DNA from: Octopus bimaculoides | Taxonomy: Eukaryota | Length of the DNA stretch: 64,000 bases | Direction: 5' to 3' | NCBI RefSeq assembly: GCF_001194135.2 | Contig: NC_068984.1 | Span: forward strand, 52,185,000 to 52,248,999 | In this document: piece after piece, positions 1 to 13,499 of the stretch | Layout: every line of letters starts with the position of its first letter | Position numbering within the stretch: position 1 is the stretch's first letter | Made by a program: the position numbers and the translations under genes | The notes under the pieces: model-generated | Seen by the model: the letters and a program-made list of their open reading frames with translations, nothing else | Databases searched by the model: none | Told to the model about the DNA's origin: nothing

Positions 1-77
1 CTGTTATAACATTTCAAACACACAAAGAGAATTTTATTTATTTATTTATATATTCATTCATTTATTTATTTTTTTAA

Positions 78-275
78 GGTGGTGAGCTGGCAGTGTTGTT
101 GGTACACTGGGCAAATGCTTTGTTGTATTTCTTCCGGTCTTTTACGTTCTGAGTTAAAATGTCGCTGAGATCAACTATATCTTTCTTCCTTTTGGAGTCA
201 GTAAAATAACCACCAAATGAGCACAGGAGTTGATGTAATCAACTATCCTCCTCCTCTGATATTTCATGTACTGTA
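78..275 (+). mobile_element. tRNA-derived SINE, family A (octopus-type)
   Basis: ggtgagctggcag...gttctgagttaaaat head followed by the shared body seen in many copies in the window. Confidence 0.75.
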
Positions 276-279
276 CCAA

Positions 280-470
280 CAGCAGGAAGAAGAAGAAGAA
301 AAAGAAGAAGGAGGAGGGGGGAGGAGAAGAAGAAGAAGGGGAGAAGAAAAGGAAAAGAAGAAAAGAGGAGGAGAAAGAGAAAGAAAGAGACGATGAGGAA
401 GAAGGGAAAGGCGGAGGAAGAGAAAGAAGGGGAGGAGGAAGAGGAAGACGAAAAAGAGGAGGCGGATCAT
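280..470. repeat. GA-rich polypurine tract
   Basis: (GAA/GGA)n; explains ORFs 175..474, 264..470 and 266..484. Confidence 0.9.
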
Positions 471-1877
471 TCATAGATCACTAAGACTGATTTGATCGAG
501 CTAAATGACACCATAACCCATACAGCATCCGTATGTTTTGTGAAGCTGGAAGTGCCAACACCCAGACAGTCAACAAATTTTTCCAGGTCCTAAAGAGTAT
601 CATCGAACGTGGCAACAACTCAACTTGTATCCAATGCAGATAAAACAGACCTTTTTCTAAGATAAAAAAAAAGCACCATGCCGCACTTTCAAAGCTGCTT
701 CTAGGTTCAAAGCCAGAATAGGCCATTTAACATTACCACGTGGCGGTAAAGCATCAGGAGATTAAAAGCTAAACCCATTGCTAGCTTATTCAGAACAGTG
801 GAAGCAATGAGGGGAATATCAAAAATACAACGGCCTGTAGCTTGGGAATCAAACTAGAAAATTTGTGACAAAATCAGCGGTTTTTTTCATGCGTTTGTCA
901 TCTAATAATTTGAAGTCGTTGCAAAAGGGAAAAAAGAAAATCACTAACCTGAGGTATTATTAGTGACTAATAATAATTCAGGCCACGCCAAGAATTTTGA
1001 TACCCATTAGATCTATAATCTTGTCAAAGTAGTTAGCCTGTCAGCAAATACCTTGCATTAAGGTACATCCAGGTTCATTACATTCATCGCACTTTCAAAG
1101 AGTTGCACAACTTGTCTGGGACTTTTGGGTGAACCACTTTATCATGAAAGCCATAAATAATATCAAAGCAGCCTAGGAAGAAATAATCGAGAACTGCACG
1201 AACAAAGTTTGGAAGAAATTATGTTAAAAGCAGACTATCATTCTCGTTTCTCTATTTATGTTATACAATTATGACTGTATAGTGCTGGTTCATTTAGCGA
1301 TGGATTTTGGGAAATCGAAATTAACACTGTGTAGAAAATTTTTTATTTCATTTTATTATTATTATTTTAATCTTTAGTCAGTAAGTGTTATTTCGTATTT
1401 ACTTCTGTCTAGAAATCAAAGGAAATTACTACTATTCCCTTCAAACTTTGCTTTTGTGACCTGGACTGCAATGCTTTGAAACTGACTTATTCGCCATTAC
1501 ATTTCAGATAGATTCAACGCTGAGTTGCCAAAGAAGAGATATCGTTATAGCAAATCTGCTCAATGCCACAGAATTTGCTTGTGAGTTGCTTGACCTTAAC
1601 TACTTGAGCATATCCTTTAGTGGCTGACAATACGTGCGTCTCTGAGCAAAAGTATTGGGGGAACATCATAGTCATGTGTTGAGAAGGATTCTTTGGGCTT
1701 TGAATAAATGTAACAAAAGCAAAGTTTGAAGGAAATATTAGCCATTTTTCATATTTTCAATAGGGAATAACAGTTGCTATCCAAGATCAAAAATCGTGCT
1801 ACACAGTGTTATTGTCGTCATATTTTCAATGTTATCCCATAAACGAAAATCTGGCCTACGAATCAAGTGAGAACATT

Positions 1878-2208
1878 TAATCTGAACTCAAAACGTAAAG
1901 AGCCGGAAGAAATATCGCAAAATATATTTCTCCGATACTTAAACGATTCTGCCAGCTCGTCACTTTCATTGATCTTATTAATAATGGTTTATGCTTTAGA
2001 CAGAAGGCCAGCAACTTACAGCGGGGTGGATTAGTTGATACCATCGACCCCAGTATTTCATTGGAACTTAATATTTTTTCGACCCAAGAGGGACGAAAGA
2101 CAAAGTTGATCCCGATGAGATTTGAACCTAGAATGTAAAGAGCCGGAAGAAGTACTACAAGGCACATTTTTTCACCGATATTTAAACGATTCTGCCACCT
2201 CGTCGCTT
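1878..2208 (-). mobile_element. Two tandem family A SINE pieces
   Basis: Repeated gaactca/gaaccta...gtaaagagccggaaga...aaacgattctgcca head segments. Confidence 0.7.
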
Positions 2209-3059
2209 TAATCAACCTTATGATCGTAACAATAACAATAATAAATCTTTTATAAGATTCATAAGCGTTTCTTTCGTGTTTGTAAACATATATAATTGAC
2301 ATTCATACACATGACGCCACGGCAATTTGACATATGGGATTGCCGTATGAACTAATATAACTTCAAGCAACGTATTTTATATCGAAATAAACTCAGTGGC
2401 TCTAGAAACGCTAGTTTAAAACATAGATACGCATATCTTAAGAAAATAAAGAGGTAACTGATAAAACAGTAGGTTCTGATAAACAGAAATAGAAAGTTGG
2501 CGGCGGTAAGACCCATGAGAATTGTGAGTAGAGAGTATATCGTTGTCCGACCAAGCGAATCTCCAAGGATCTCAGAAAATATTTGTATGTATTGAAAACT
2601 AGCAGGGAGGGCCACGAAAGAAATTTTGAAGGTGTGTATGTCTGCCTATTTTGAAACCCCTGATAAAATCCTTCTCGGGATATTCAGTTCGAAAAAGAAA
2701 ACTGGATGAGTGACCACAAAACTGAGTCAGACTAGGTGAAACTTTAATTCAGAATCTCTTTCAAAGCTGCAGGCTCAAAAGGAAACTAATACATCGCCGA
2801 CACATCAGATTTTGGTAAAATACTATTTTAAACACACACACACATACACACACACACTCATATAAACACATACACACGTACATATATATATATATGTACA
2901 TACATACATACATACATATGTAAATATGTATATATATATATATAATAATTTTCCAGAGGATGTAGCACAGAAATGTTAACATAGAGTGGCGAATAAATCG
3001 ATATATCGAATTTGAAGTCTCTGTCTCTTTTGAATATGAAAATTTAAAAGTTAAAAACC

Positions 3060-3110
<51 letters not shown>

Positions 3111-3129
3111 TTTTATTACTTTATTATTT

Positions 3130-3970
3130 CATTTGTTTCAGTCATTTAACTGCGGCTATGCTGGAGCACTGCCTTACAGGGTTTTTAGTCGAAGAAATCG
3201 ATCCCAGGACTTATTCTTTGTAAGCCTAATACTTATTCTTTGACCCCCCCCCCTCCACCAACGTTGGTTGTCAAACGATGTTAGGGGACAAACACAGACA
3301 TAGACATATACGCACATACACACGCGCGCGCGTACTATGTATGCATGTATGTATGTATATGGTGCACTTCTGCGGTTTCCGTCTAAAGTTGTTTAACACA
3401 GTGCTTCTCAACCATCGTTTTTTAATCTATGGACCCCTTTGATCCCTATTTTACTCGGTTGGACTATTGTAGTCATTCAATGTTTAAAAAATTCTATTAT
3501 GTATTTTAGAATTAAATATTATTAGGAATTGTATAAAAGAAATTGTTGAAATATTTTGTGTATTATACAATTATAACCAATTTATTATCTTTTGTGCTCT
3601 ATCATTTATCTTTTACTTGTTTGAGTCATTTAGGGCACCGTCTTGAAGGGTTTTAATCGAAGAAATCGACCCTGGGACTCTTTTTTAAAAGCTTGATACT
3701 CATCCTATTGTTTCTTTTGCCGAATCGCTAAGCTACGGAGACATAAAGACACCACCACCGGTCGCCAAGCGGTGATGGGAAACACACACACATACACACA
3801 CACATATACGATGGGCTTCTTTCAGTTTCTGTCAACCAAATCCACTCAAAAGGCTTTGGTCGGCCCGATGCTATAGTAGAAGATACTTGGCCAAGGTGCC
3901 ACGCAATGCGACAGAACCCGGAACCATGTGGTTGAGAAGCAAGCTTCTTACCACACAGTCACGCCTGCAA
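3130..3970 (-). mobile_element. Two family B SINE copies (about 3130-3390 partial; 3600-3970 inside the hAT MITE)
   Basis: tgtttcagtcatt...tagtagaagatacttggccaaggtgccacgcaatg...gaaccatgtggttgagaagcaagcttcttaccacacag. Confidence 0.8.
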
Positions 3971-4041
3971 ATAAATTTTAATAACAAAATCTTATAGATC
4001 CCACTCCCAAGGACCATATGGACCTCGATTGAGAACTACTG
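3399..4041. mobile_element. Non-autonomous Buster-type hAT element (MITE) with a nested SINE
   Basis: TIRs CAGTGCTTCTCAACC / GATTGAGAACTACTG; 8-bp flanks GTTTAACA (3391-3398) and GTCTAACA (4042-4049), 7/8 identical with central TA. Confidence 0.8.
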
Positions 4042-4654
4042 GTCTAACAAATCATTTTTCAGCTCCAGGCTACAATAAACACTTGCTTACGATGTCATGC
4101 AGTGGAATCGAACTCACAACTAAAAGGGTTGCAAAATGAGCATCTTCATTAAATTACACTGTCCGCATCTATCAGTATAGGTGATAGAAATTATACATAA
4201 TTAATATATGCCTCTGTTAATAATGGTTTCAAATCTTGGCACAAAGTCGGCAGTTTTTAATGCCAATTCAATCGACCCCAGTACTTGACTGGTAATTATT
4301 CTATCGAACACGAAAGGTGATATCGACCTCGGCAGAACAAAATTAAAACCACTGAGTTGGCTGGCTGCGTATGGGGTTTGAAGTCTAACGCCACACCACA
4401 TACAATAAAGTGGAAAACAGTTGAAAAGTCCACACTATATGTTAACGGATCAAAATATTTAAGCTATGCAGTGCTGAAAGAATTCTACCGCACCGCTGGA
4501 TTTCAGATCTGAATAAGTTCCTGTTAGCGAATTGGAAAGTACCTCTCTCACTCTCTCTCTGGACTGAGTAGCTGTACCACAAACTAGGCTACCATCTTTT
4601 CAGTCTTATAGCTTCACGGTCAAAGGAGTCATAACTCTAATTCTCCCTCACCAC

Positions 4655-5180
4655 CTATCATTTATCTTTTACTTGTTTCAGTCATTTAGGGCACCGTCTT
4701 GAAGGGTTTTAATCGAAGAAATCGACCCTGGGACTCTTTTTTAAAAGCTTGATACTCATCCTATTGTTTCTTTTGCCGAATCGCTAATTGTTTGTTTCTA
4801 TTTTCTTTTTCGTTTTTCGGTTTTTCAGCCTTACACCTTTTTACATCTACTTCCTTCTCGCCTTTTGTGTTTTTATTCTCTCATCCTGTCGTCCTGTTTT
4901 CAGCTTGTTGTGCTATGAGGACACAGCCTGAAGATTGCGCTAAGGCACCAGACGTGTTGAAAAATGCTGTCTGATCTGTTTTCATAGCATGAGACTACTG
5001 GTAGCCCATTAAGATATACACTGTATTTATTGAATAACATATATTTACGACGGGCTTCTTTCCGTTTCCATCTACCAAATCAACTCACAAGGCTTTGGTC
5101 AGCCCGAGGTTATAGTACAAGACACTTGCTCATGGTGTCACCATGTGGTTAGAAAGCAAGTTTCATACCACACGTCCACG
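4655..5180 (-). mobile_element. Family B SINE interrupted by an insert of about 250 bp (4788-5040)
   Basis: One part is near-identical to 3599-3730; the rest resumes at tttacgacgggcttctttcc. Confidence 0.75.
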
Positions 5181-5234
5181 CAGGTTTTTTTTTTTTTTAA
5201 ACGCTATGTTCCAGAATATTTTTGATCCTATAAT

Positions 5235-5450
5235 AATCCTTTCTGCTATAGGCACAATGCCTGAAATTTTGGGGAGGGAGCTAGTTGATTACATCGACTC
5301 CAGTACTTGACAGGTACTTATTTTATTTACCACGAAAGGATGAATGGCAAAGTCGACCTCGGCAGAATTTGAACTCAGAACGTGAAAACGGACGAAATAC
5401 CGCTAAGCATTTCACCCGGCGTACTAACGATTCTCCCAACTAACCGCCCT
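5235..5450 (-). mobile_element. Family A SINE, CpG-intact
   Basis: aaagtcgacctcggcagaatttgaactcagaacgt...gacgaaataccgctaagcatttcacccggcgtactaacgattct. Confidence 0.85.
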
Positions 5451-5719
5451 ACATCTTGATCCTGTAATAATACCGACAATTTTCAAATTCAGATTCCAGA
5501 GAAGCAGCAGGATTGTAAGACACTTCGATGGCCAACATTTCGATGCTTGACAGTTATTTCCAATTCAGCATCTTTTCAAAATATAATGTCGGGTACATCC
5601 AATCGTATTTTATTGATATGTTAAATGTCAAGTTATAACTCAGAGAAAATATTAAATACTTGTAGACCGACCAAAACTTTCTGAATGGTTTTGATACACG
5701 GAAACCTGGAAGAAGCCTG

Positions 5720-5720
<1 letters not shown>

Positions 5721-5818
<98 letters not shown>

Positions 5819-5826
5819 TGTGTGTG
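5721..5826. repeat. (TG)n microsatellite
   Basis: Near-pure TG run. Confidence 0.95.
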
Positions 5827-6563
5827 TTAGTTTGTTTTCGTCCCCGTGAGTTAGCGATTGGAAAAAGTGACAGGCTTGAAAATAAGTAACCCTTCAAGAC
5901 GATACCCCGGCATAGCCACAGTCCAAAGACTGAAACAAGTAAAAGATAACATCAAATTAAAATACAGATTCTTTTTAAAAGACATAACGTTTTAAATAAT
6001 AAAAAAAAAGTTCTACGAAAATTTATCAATGGCTGAAGTTGACTGGCCTGCTCACAAATATTTGAAGATTTTTAGGCCTATTTCTGTATTTATATTAATA
6101 TATATTTATATTTTTCCTATAGCTTATAAAGTTTTGTCAGATAATTCATAACTGAAGTAGCATTTATTATTAAACCAAAGTTTGTAGATAAAATAACATT
6201 AAGAAGCTTCTATCCGTTTTCCCCCACCCCTTTTACTTTGATTTATCATCTTTCATACTACTAAATATTCTTTCAACTTCTGCATTGAAGTGGGGGAAGT
6301 TTCAAAGTTGAAATAGAAATCTGTAAGGCGTTTAAAGAAATTGTACCCAGAATACGATTAATATTAATAAACTTTACTGCTCGGAAGGTCAGGAACAGTT
6401 TTATTGGTCCGGAGTCCAATAAAGGGTTTTTTTTTTAATTTTCTTTATTTTTTATTGATATTCAGCAGAAGATATGGATTCTTTTGATACTCCCAAATAT
6501 TTCATCAATTTGGAAACCGAATTATACATACATACATACATATATATATTCATACTCACAAGC

Positions 6564-6607
<44 letters not shown>

Positions 6608-7175
6608 GTATGTATGTATGTATGTATGTATGTATGTGAGTGCACGCGCACACGCACACACACATATACATACATATATATATTGTTTCATCTTTTTTTC
6701 ACATATATCGTTTGTGTTTATTTTGAAGAGGAAAACGAATAAGTTTTTCTTGTGGTTTTTAATATATATCTCGGTAAACGAATAAGTATTTTTGTAGCTT
6801 GGTTAAGGCAAGCAAGAAAAACTAGTCATTATTACCTTAACTGCTGAAGAAAAAGGCGGCAGGTTATACTACAAAAAAGGACACACACATATATAAAAAG
6901 AAATAAATAAAAAACGCTAAGTTTCATTTTAAGGTTTTACTTCTTTAAATTTAACATTTTATGGCATCAAACACGAAGTTGGTATAATTTCACTTTGGGT
7001 GAAGGTTAGGAAACGAATAAAAACCAATTAGATATACGTACTGTAGCGTGCAAGCTAATTAACTTCTGCGTTTCATCGTTTGTAGCTACTGCAAAACCGC
7101 AATCACAAGTTACCACAACTAATCTTGCATCTTTGAAATACGTCGCTTTGTGACCATGAACATGTCGAAATTTTA

Positions 7176-7372
7176 TGTATGTATGTATGTATGTATGTAT
7201 GCTTGCATGCATACATACATACATACATACATACATACATACATGCATGCATGCATGTATATGAGTATGTATGTATGTGTGTATGAGTTTATGTATGTAT
7301 GTTTGCATGTGTGTATGTGTGTGTATGTATGTATGTATGCATGCATGCATCCATGTATGTATGTATGTGTGT
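7176..7372. repeat. (GTAT)n/(ATAC)n inverted compound microsatellite
   Basis: gtat run, then atac run, then gtat again. Confidence 0.9.
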
Positions 7373-7559
7373 GTTTCTCCTGTGGGTTTTATCGAAGTTC
7401 TTCAGAGAGTTCAAGCCGGTCATAAACAAAGTGATAAGGCTTTTTGAGTTAAGAGAGTTCCCCGTGTTTGCAAATAATTAGTTGAGTTAGTGTGTTGGTT
7501 GAGCTGTCGATGCACACACTTGGGTGTGTGCATCGACAGCTCAACGAACAGCCAAGTGT

Positions 7560-8070
7560 GTGCGTCTAAAGAATCTCAGATGGACAATCTTTGTAATGTC
7601 TTACAAAACTTTACTGTGTTACTAACAGATTGGATTTGGAGAATCCACGTCAGTTTCTTTTGCTCTTTCTTCGAAAAATCAAATATTTCTAGGGTTTTTT
7701 AAAGGTAAATTTGTATGTACATAACCTAATGCACCTATGATGATAGGTACAAATGGTCGACAATCTTTCTTCGGTTGACTATTATGCATGAGCATTTATC
7801 TTTCCCAAACTCTCTTCCTGTCTCGTGAGAATGTTGTGACTAGATCCAATTGTTTCTTGGTGTTGTTCATGTTGCCACAATATAACTTTAAGGTCATCAG
7901 CAAAAAATGTGTTGTGCGTATGATTTTTCTTTTAGTTATATCTAAGTTCTTAAGAAAGTTCAAGTCGGTCGCTAACAAAGCGTCAGGACTTTTTGAGTTA
8001 AGAGAATTCCCGCTGTTTGTAAATACGCGGTTAGCTTGGTGTCTTGGTTGAGCTGTCGATGCGCATTATG
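7560..8070 (-). mobile_element. Internally deleted non-LTR retrotransposon relic (RT motif joined to a restriction-like endonuclease C-terminus)
   Basis: THF(F)ADDLKLYCGNMNNTKKQLDLVTTFSRD (one frameshift), followed about 30 codons later by FVPIIIGALGYV, typical of the end of REL-type ORFs. Confidence 0.6.
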
Positions 8071-10479
8071 CATGTTATTATTCAGTGTTACTTCAAAATT
8101 TCTTGCTAATAGAGAATGAGCCGGTTTCTAACCTTGATCCAAGGCTCCTTCACTGAAATTTCAACATCAACAGGGTATGTATGTATGTATGTATGTATGT
8201 ATTATGTATGTATGTGTTTATGTATGTGTTTATGTATGTGAGCAGAATTGTATGTTTTGTTTTATGTATGTATTCTCATGAATATACTTGCATATCTAGA
8301 TATACTCTTATATACTTAAATGATAAACTTCTGAAAAGTTTTACAGATTTTTACAGTTCCATTGATGGCTTGGATCTGTAGTCTTCGAATCAGCTTTCTC
8401 CTTTCTGGTTTTGAGAAGCCCAATTTCTCAAGCTTGGTATTTAGTATTTAGGCAGTATGTATGTGTGTATGTATGTCAAATCACTCTTAGTGTTACGGGT
8501 AACATATAATCCAGTACAACCTGTCGCATGATCAGGCCGTCAGTAACTATACCGACAACCCTACCAAGCCTGTTTGGTAAGGAAGATGGTTTTCGTTAGA
8601 TATCCAACAGGGTGGAAAACAAAATTTGTCAAAGGACGCAAGAACTCAATAGACTCAATGGCCATCCAACAGCTAGGAGTGAGAGACTCCTTGCCTTTGT
8701 TTAGACATCTCCCGAGGAGTAGAAAATTCCAAAATAACACCCACCTCATTGCGAAACCGAACATCTTGCTTTTGTTTGTTTCTGAATTACTTGGCTTTGG
8801 AAATGAGAGTCGTAGTGATGTTGTACAAGCTACAGCGGACTTTTAATTTCTGCACGGGCGTTGCTGACAGCTATTGTCTTTAACATTTAGGATGAGATAA
8901 TTTGTCAGTGATGGTCATACTGTTGGCAGCTGCCATGTATTTATGTATGTAAGTGTTCACATGTGTACGTGTGTATGTGAGCATGTATGAGTGTGTATGT
9001 GAGAGAGTGTACAATTCAGAAACAAGTATAATTACCAAATCTTACAAATCACATTTATAAGAACAGTTGCTTTACATTATGCTATTCTACACTCATACAT
9101 AATTTAGTCTTTTAAATATATTATATTTTTCCAAAAGATAGGCACAAAAATTTTCACGCATTCGTAAGTTGACTCTCAAAAAACACTTTTCCTCACCAAT
9201 TAGTGAATAACTCCCACAAAGTTGCAGCACTGTGCTGATTTTTAAATAAAATAACAAATATGATTATATTCCAAAAGTGCCGGTCATTTGCTCATAGAGT
9301 GGGAATTATAAAAATACTAATTTGAAAAACTTGATAGAATTCACTACATTTTTTTGAAAATTACCTGAGTTTATAATTATTTGCTAGGTGACTATTTTCC
9401 TGTTAGTTATTGCTAGAAATGAGCTAAGTTGATAACCCTGTGTATTGGCTTCGTTATAAGACAATTTAAGGGCGACCCTATGAAGGAGTTTCTGCACAGT
9501 TGCTCGGTCTGCATTGAGCTAATAAGAAAGCTTTGTCACTTTTTGCCAAAATATATTTTACTCGCAGCACACTTTAGAGCAAACAAAAATATTTTTCCGA
9601 ACTTTGCGAATAAAGTTAAAAGATGTGTATTAAAAAAGATTATCGATAGGAAATATTAGCTTCAAATTTGGTAGTGACATTTCTGCTTGGACGTATTTGA
9701 GATAAACATCTGTTTTCAATGCCAAGATGTCTCTCATTCATTTTCGCTTGTATTTAATGTTACTGGGTGGTAAAGAATCTTCGAATTCCGATGTACAAAA
9801 TTTAATTAAAATAGATAAAGCTTTTTAGCTAATGTGTTGTAGCAAGGCCTAGAATTGAAAACTTACAGCTTCAGTAACTAGAACCAAACCAGACTGGCGA
9901 TATGTCCTGCTTATTAACCCGAAATATGTCCTGCTTATTAATCTGAAATATCACCCCATATTAAAGCTTGGTTTATTTTGTACCAGTAGTTCCCGCGCTT
10001 TTGTGGTTATATAAGCACAACGTGCGCAAACAAATCAGAGAGTGGTACTTCGGAAGCACAAGCAACATGCCCTTTATATCGACAAGTTTTCCTTGGATGA
10101 AGTTCAGCCCCGAGTTAAAAGGATGATTCTTCAATTAAGATGGTCAGAACATTATTCCTGCCTCTCACGTGATCTAATCCCTTCTGTTTGTTATGGAATT
10201 GCAAACTACATTCGTCTCTAACACACCACACTACTCTGCTATAATAATCTTCGATAAAAATTAATGATATTTTAACAACGTTCGGAGTTGGCTTATTGTG
10301 GGACAACACGCAGCTAAACTTAATACCAATCTGTAAATACCCATTCGACCAACCCGACAGTGTCGATTATGTCCGTTATGTTTGCGGGCTTGATATCAAA
10401 TCTGCAATCGCTGAATATGGAAGCCAACTCTTTTCCTTCAAATAATCTTAAACAAATAAAATTTTGATAAATAGGCTTC

Positions 10480-12800
10480 AAATCCCATCATAGAATTCTA
10501 TTAATTAAAGGCACACTAGGCAGTCATGATTAAAATAAAGCTGTGTGCATTTATATTTTTAACACGTTCGTGTACCTTCAAACATAGAAAGACTATCACG
10601 ACGTTAAGTATCTAGGAAGAGAAATTCTCCTTACAGAGAATGTATGTAAAAACACGCCGAGTAAGCCGTGAATTACGTCATCAGATTGTAGGACGCGTGT
10701 TTCTGCGTCGTTACGTTTCATTAGCAACAATGAATCTATCGTCCATAGTCCACTAAGAACTACCTTCTTATATATACACAGTAAACAATAAATTTGATGG
10801 CGTGTGTTAAGTTTTGTCAGCAAATCTATTGTTTGCTGTGTACATATAAGAACGGTAGTTTACAAAGAAAATTTCTCTTCCCAGGCATTTACCGCAGCGA
10901 AAGTCTTTTCATATTTGTGTGTATACGAACATGTTAAATATAGATGTCCAGAACCTTATTTTAATAGTCTATTATTAATTTGGAAAATAAAGTTTATATT
11001 CTCTTCCGAGTTTTTCAACTACTCAACAAGAGTTATTTCTATTAATTATCTTGACATTATTGCAAGCATTTCGAAGTTACCATCTTTAGCTTTAGTTTTT
11101 TCAAACACTATTTCCTTCTGAAATGCAATCAGTTTGTCTAGCGAAATGAGAATATTTTCTACTTTATTTTGCATATTCTCATAATTTTGGGTACTACTTG
11201 TGACTACACTCTTATGGACACAGGAACAAATTTTACCAATTTTACAAACTAAAATCCCGATATACTCATATGCGTATTTTTTTTCTTTCTTAGAAATAAT
11301 ATATATTTGATTTATCAACTTAATACTTCCGGCCACATCTTGACATTTATTTTTCTGTCTCCATTCCCTGTACGTTTTTGTCTCTTACAGCCTACCAATT
11401 TAATTCTTTCGACTCATATTTTCTCAAACAATCATTTTTCTTATTACTTTCAACGTTCTTACCAGGAACAACCAACTCCCGCCTCCTTGACGCACATTGC
11501 TTTTGCGTACGTGAATTCATCCACCCTTCGACAATACTATTCCATCCCTTGCCGTCTCTCATTTCCATTCTTGCACCCGAAGACTACAACTTTTTGTTGA
11601 CGTAGAGTGAACATCTTTTGTGACAAGTATCATTTACCCTACTAAGCTATTACAGTTATTAATTTCTTAATGCATTTTTCTAACATTTTAATGCATGTAC
11701 ACCCTGTACTGTATGTTTAAAATTTTTCCGTCGGAAAGCATTTCAATCTATGACATGAAAGTCAATGAGAAAATGGGTTTCGCGTTACAACATTCTATGT
11801 TACTACAACATTTTCAGGAATGCAGCTTTTCCATAATGTGAGGTATGCCCATACTTCTGTTGGTACTGCTAATATGTTACTATCTCTTATACCTTTCCTC
11901 TTAACAGCTATATGACTTTTGTATGTAAAACGACACTTCTACTGTGAATCCACATCGAAACAAATTTGTTCAAATAAGCAAGTCTTCATTGGAAAATAAA
12001 CATTTCAACAACTTCGTCTAATATATATTTTACATTCATCAGCTAATGTTTTTGAAATGCGCATCTCCCTACGGAGAACACAATGCATCTCCATAACACT
12101 ACGCTTATGCTGTTTTATGAGTGATGCAAACCTTTTATAGAGCTTACGCGGATGGAGTCCCAGTAGTACAAATTCTGATCATTTTGATGCTTGACTTCCA
12201 TTTTTCAAAGTCGTCAAATATATTATGAAAGACACCTTAACCTCTCATTGTGTATGGCAATTTTTTTTTTTCTTTTGTAGACAAAAAACACTGCTTTATA
12301 ATTTGGTCTCCATCAGCAAAGCAAAAAAATGCAATTATGCTTTGTTACCAATGTCAGTTGATTCATTAGTTTGCAAGCAGATTCTGAAGTTTATTCCGAC
12401 ACCTTACATCTTCTTTCTTATCTAACAGATCCATAACTCGTTTAGGAAAGATATTATTTGAGAGTGGAATTTTTGTCCTCTTACTTTCTAACATTTTTTT
12501 AACAACTTTCTAAATGCAGGTAAAATTGATTCATGCAAAATGTGTAACTTTGCGTTTTGTGCCATCATCTCTGCTCTCTCAGTATAAGCGATCTGAGCTT
12601 TTGAGAAACTGATAACCCTTGTTATTTTTTACAAATAGTTTCTGTGATCTGATTGGTTTTCCTGATAATCTTCTGAAATAATTCAAGTACGTAATCGAAA
12701 TAAAGATAAAGATGATCTTTATCAGTAGAACTAAGGGTTATCATTGTGCAAATTTTTATGACTTCCTTACACTGAGCTAACCAACACTTGTTTTCTCAGA
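10480..12800 (-). mobile_element. Decayed hAT transposase (Buster/Charlie, ZBED5/FAM200-like)
   Basis: Collinear motifs across frameshifts: ESILPA...IPLSNN (about 12450-12530), LQTNESTDIGNKA (12340-12376; DESTD catalytic motif), ICTTGTPS (TDGAP-like), NILISLDKLIAFQKE...GNFEML (11060-11170), EYKLYFP. Confidence 0.75.
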
Positions 12801-13499
12801 CTCTAATTTTTCTCCGAGTAAAGGACGTATTTTCTGGTCGAATTGACTTTGATGATTCATTATACTAATTTTACTCTGATATGGCCCTGGGTTTGATTTC
12901 TCTTTGCAGCATTTTGAGCAAGTATCTTCTGCCAAGGCTCTTAAGTGAAATTGTTAAGACGAATACTATTTAGCGATGTGAAAAGGTGAATGTGGCTAAG
13001 GTCCTGATAATATTATAATCTTCTGGTTTCAAACGGGTGATGATAAAGGACATCAAGAAATAGGAAGACACAAGTTAAAATTGACGGCCACATTTATTTC
13101 TCCGCTAATAGAAGATACAGCAGACTGGTACACATGAATAATTCAGTTGATAAAAATACATTGGTTTTTCGTGCAGCTTCAAGATGATGTCCTCGGGAAA
13201 AACACAGAGCATGGCGACAAAAATCTCTGCAGACAATTCTCTCCTCACTGAGAAAGCATAGCGGAATAAAATTTGCTCTATGCCAAAGATCCGAACACCA
13301 TCGTGACGACCCACCCCACTGAAGAAAACAGCGAGAAAAGGCATCTTTAAATAGTTAAAGGGTAAGCTCAAAAAGGAGCGGTCTGATTGGATGGCTTAAA
13401 GCACCCAATCGGCACGAACAAGTATGGTCGTGTGACCGCTTGCAGAAAGGTGATGGTCTAAAATGTGAGTACTTAAAAGTAAACTGTGAACATGCTTGC

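Noticed and set aside
175-484. Three overlapping low-complexity ORFs
   Set aside because: Translations of a GA-rich tract and a SINE
8574-8846. 90 aa ORF vaguely resembling a Tc1 transposase
   Set aside because: Better explained as part of the dispersed repeat shared with 50600-51140; no DDE motif
13105-13371. 88 aa ORF resembling a LINE ORF2 C-terminus
   Set aside because: Similarity too weak to assign by eye
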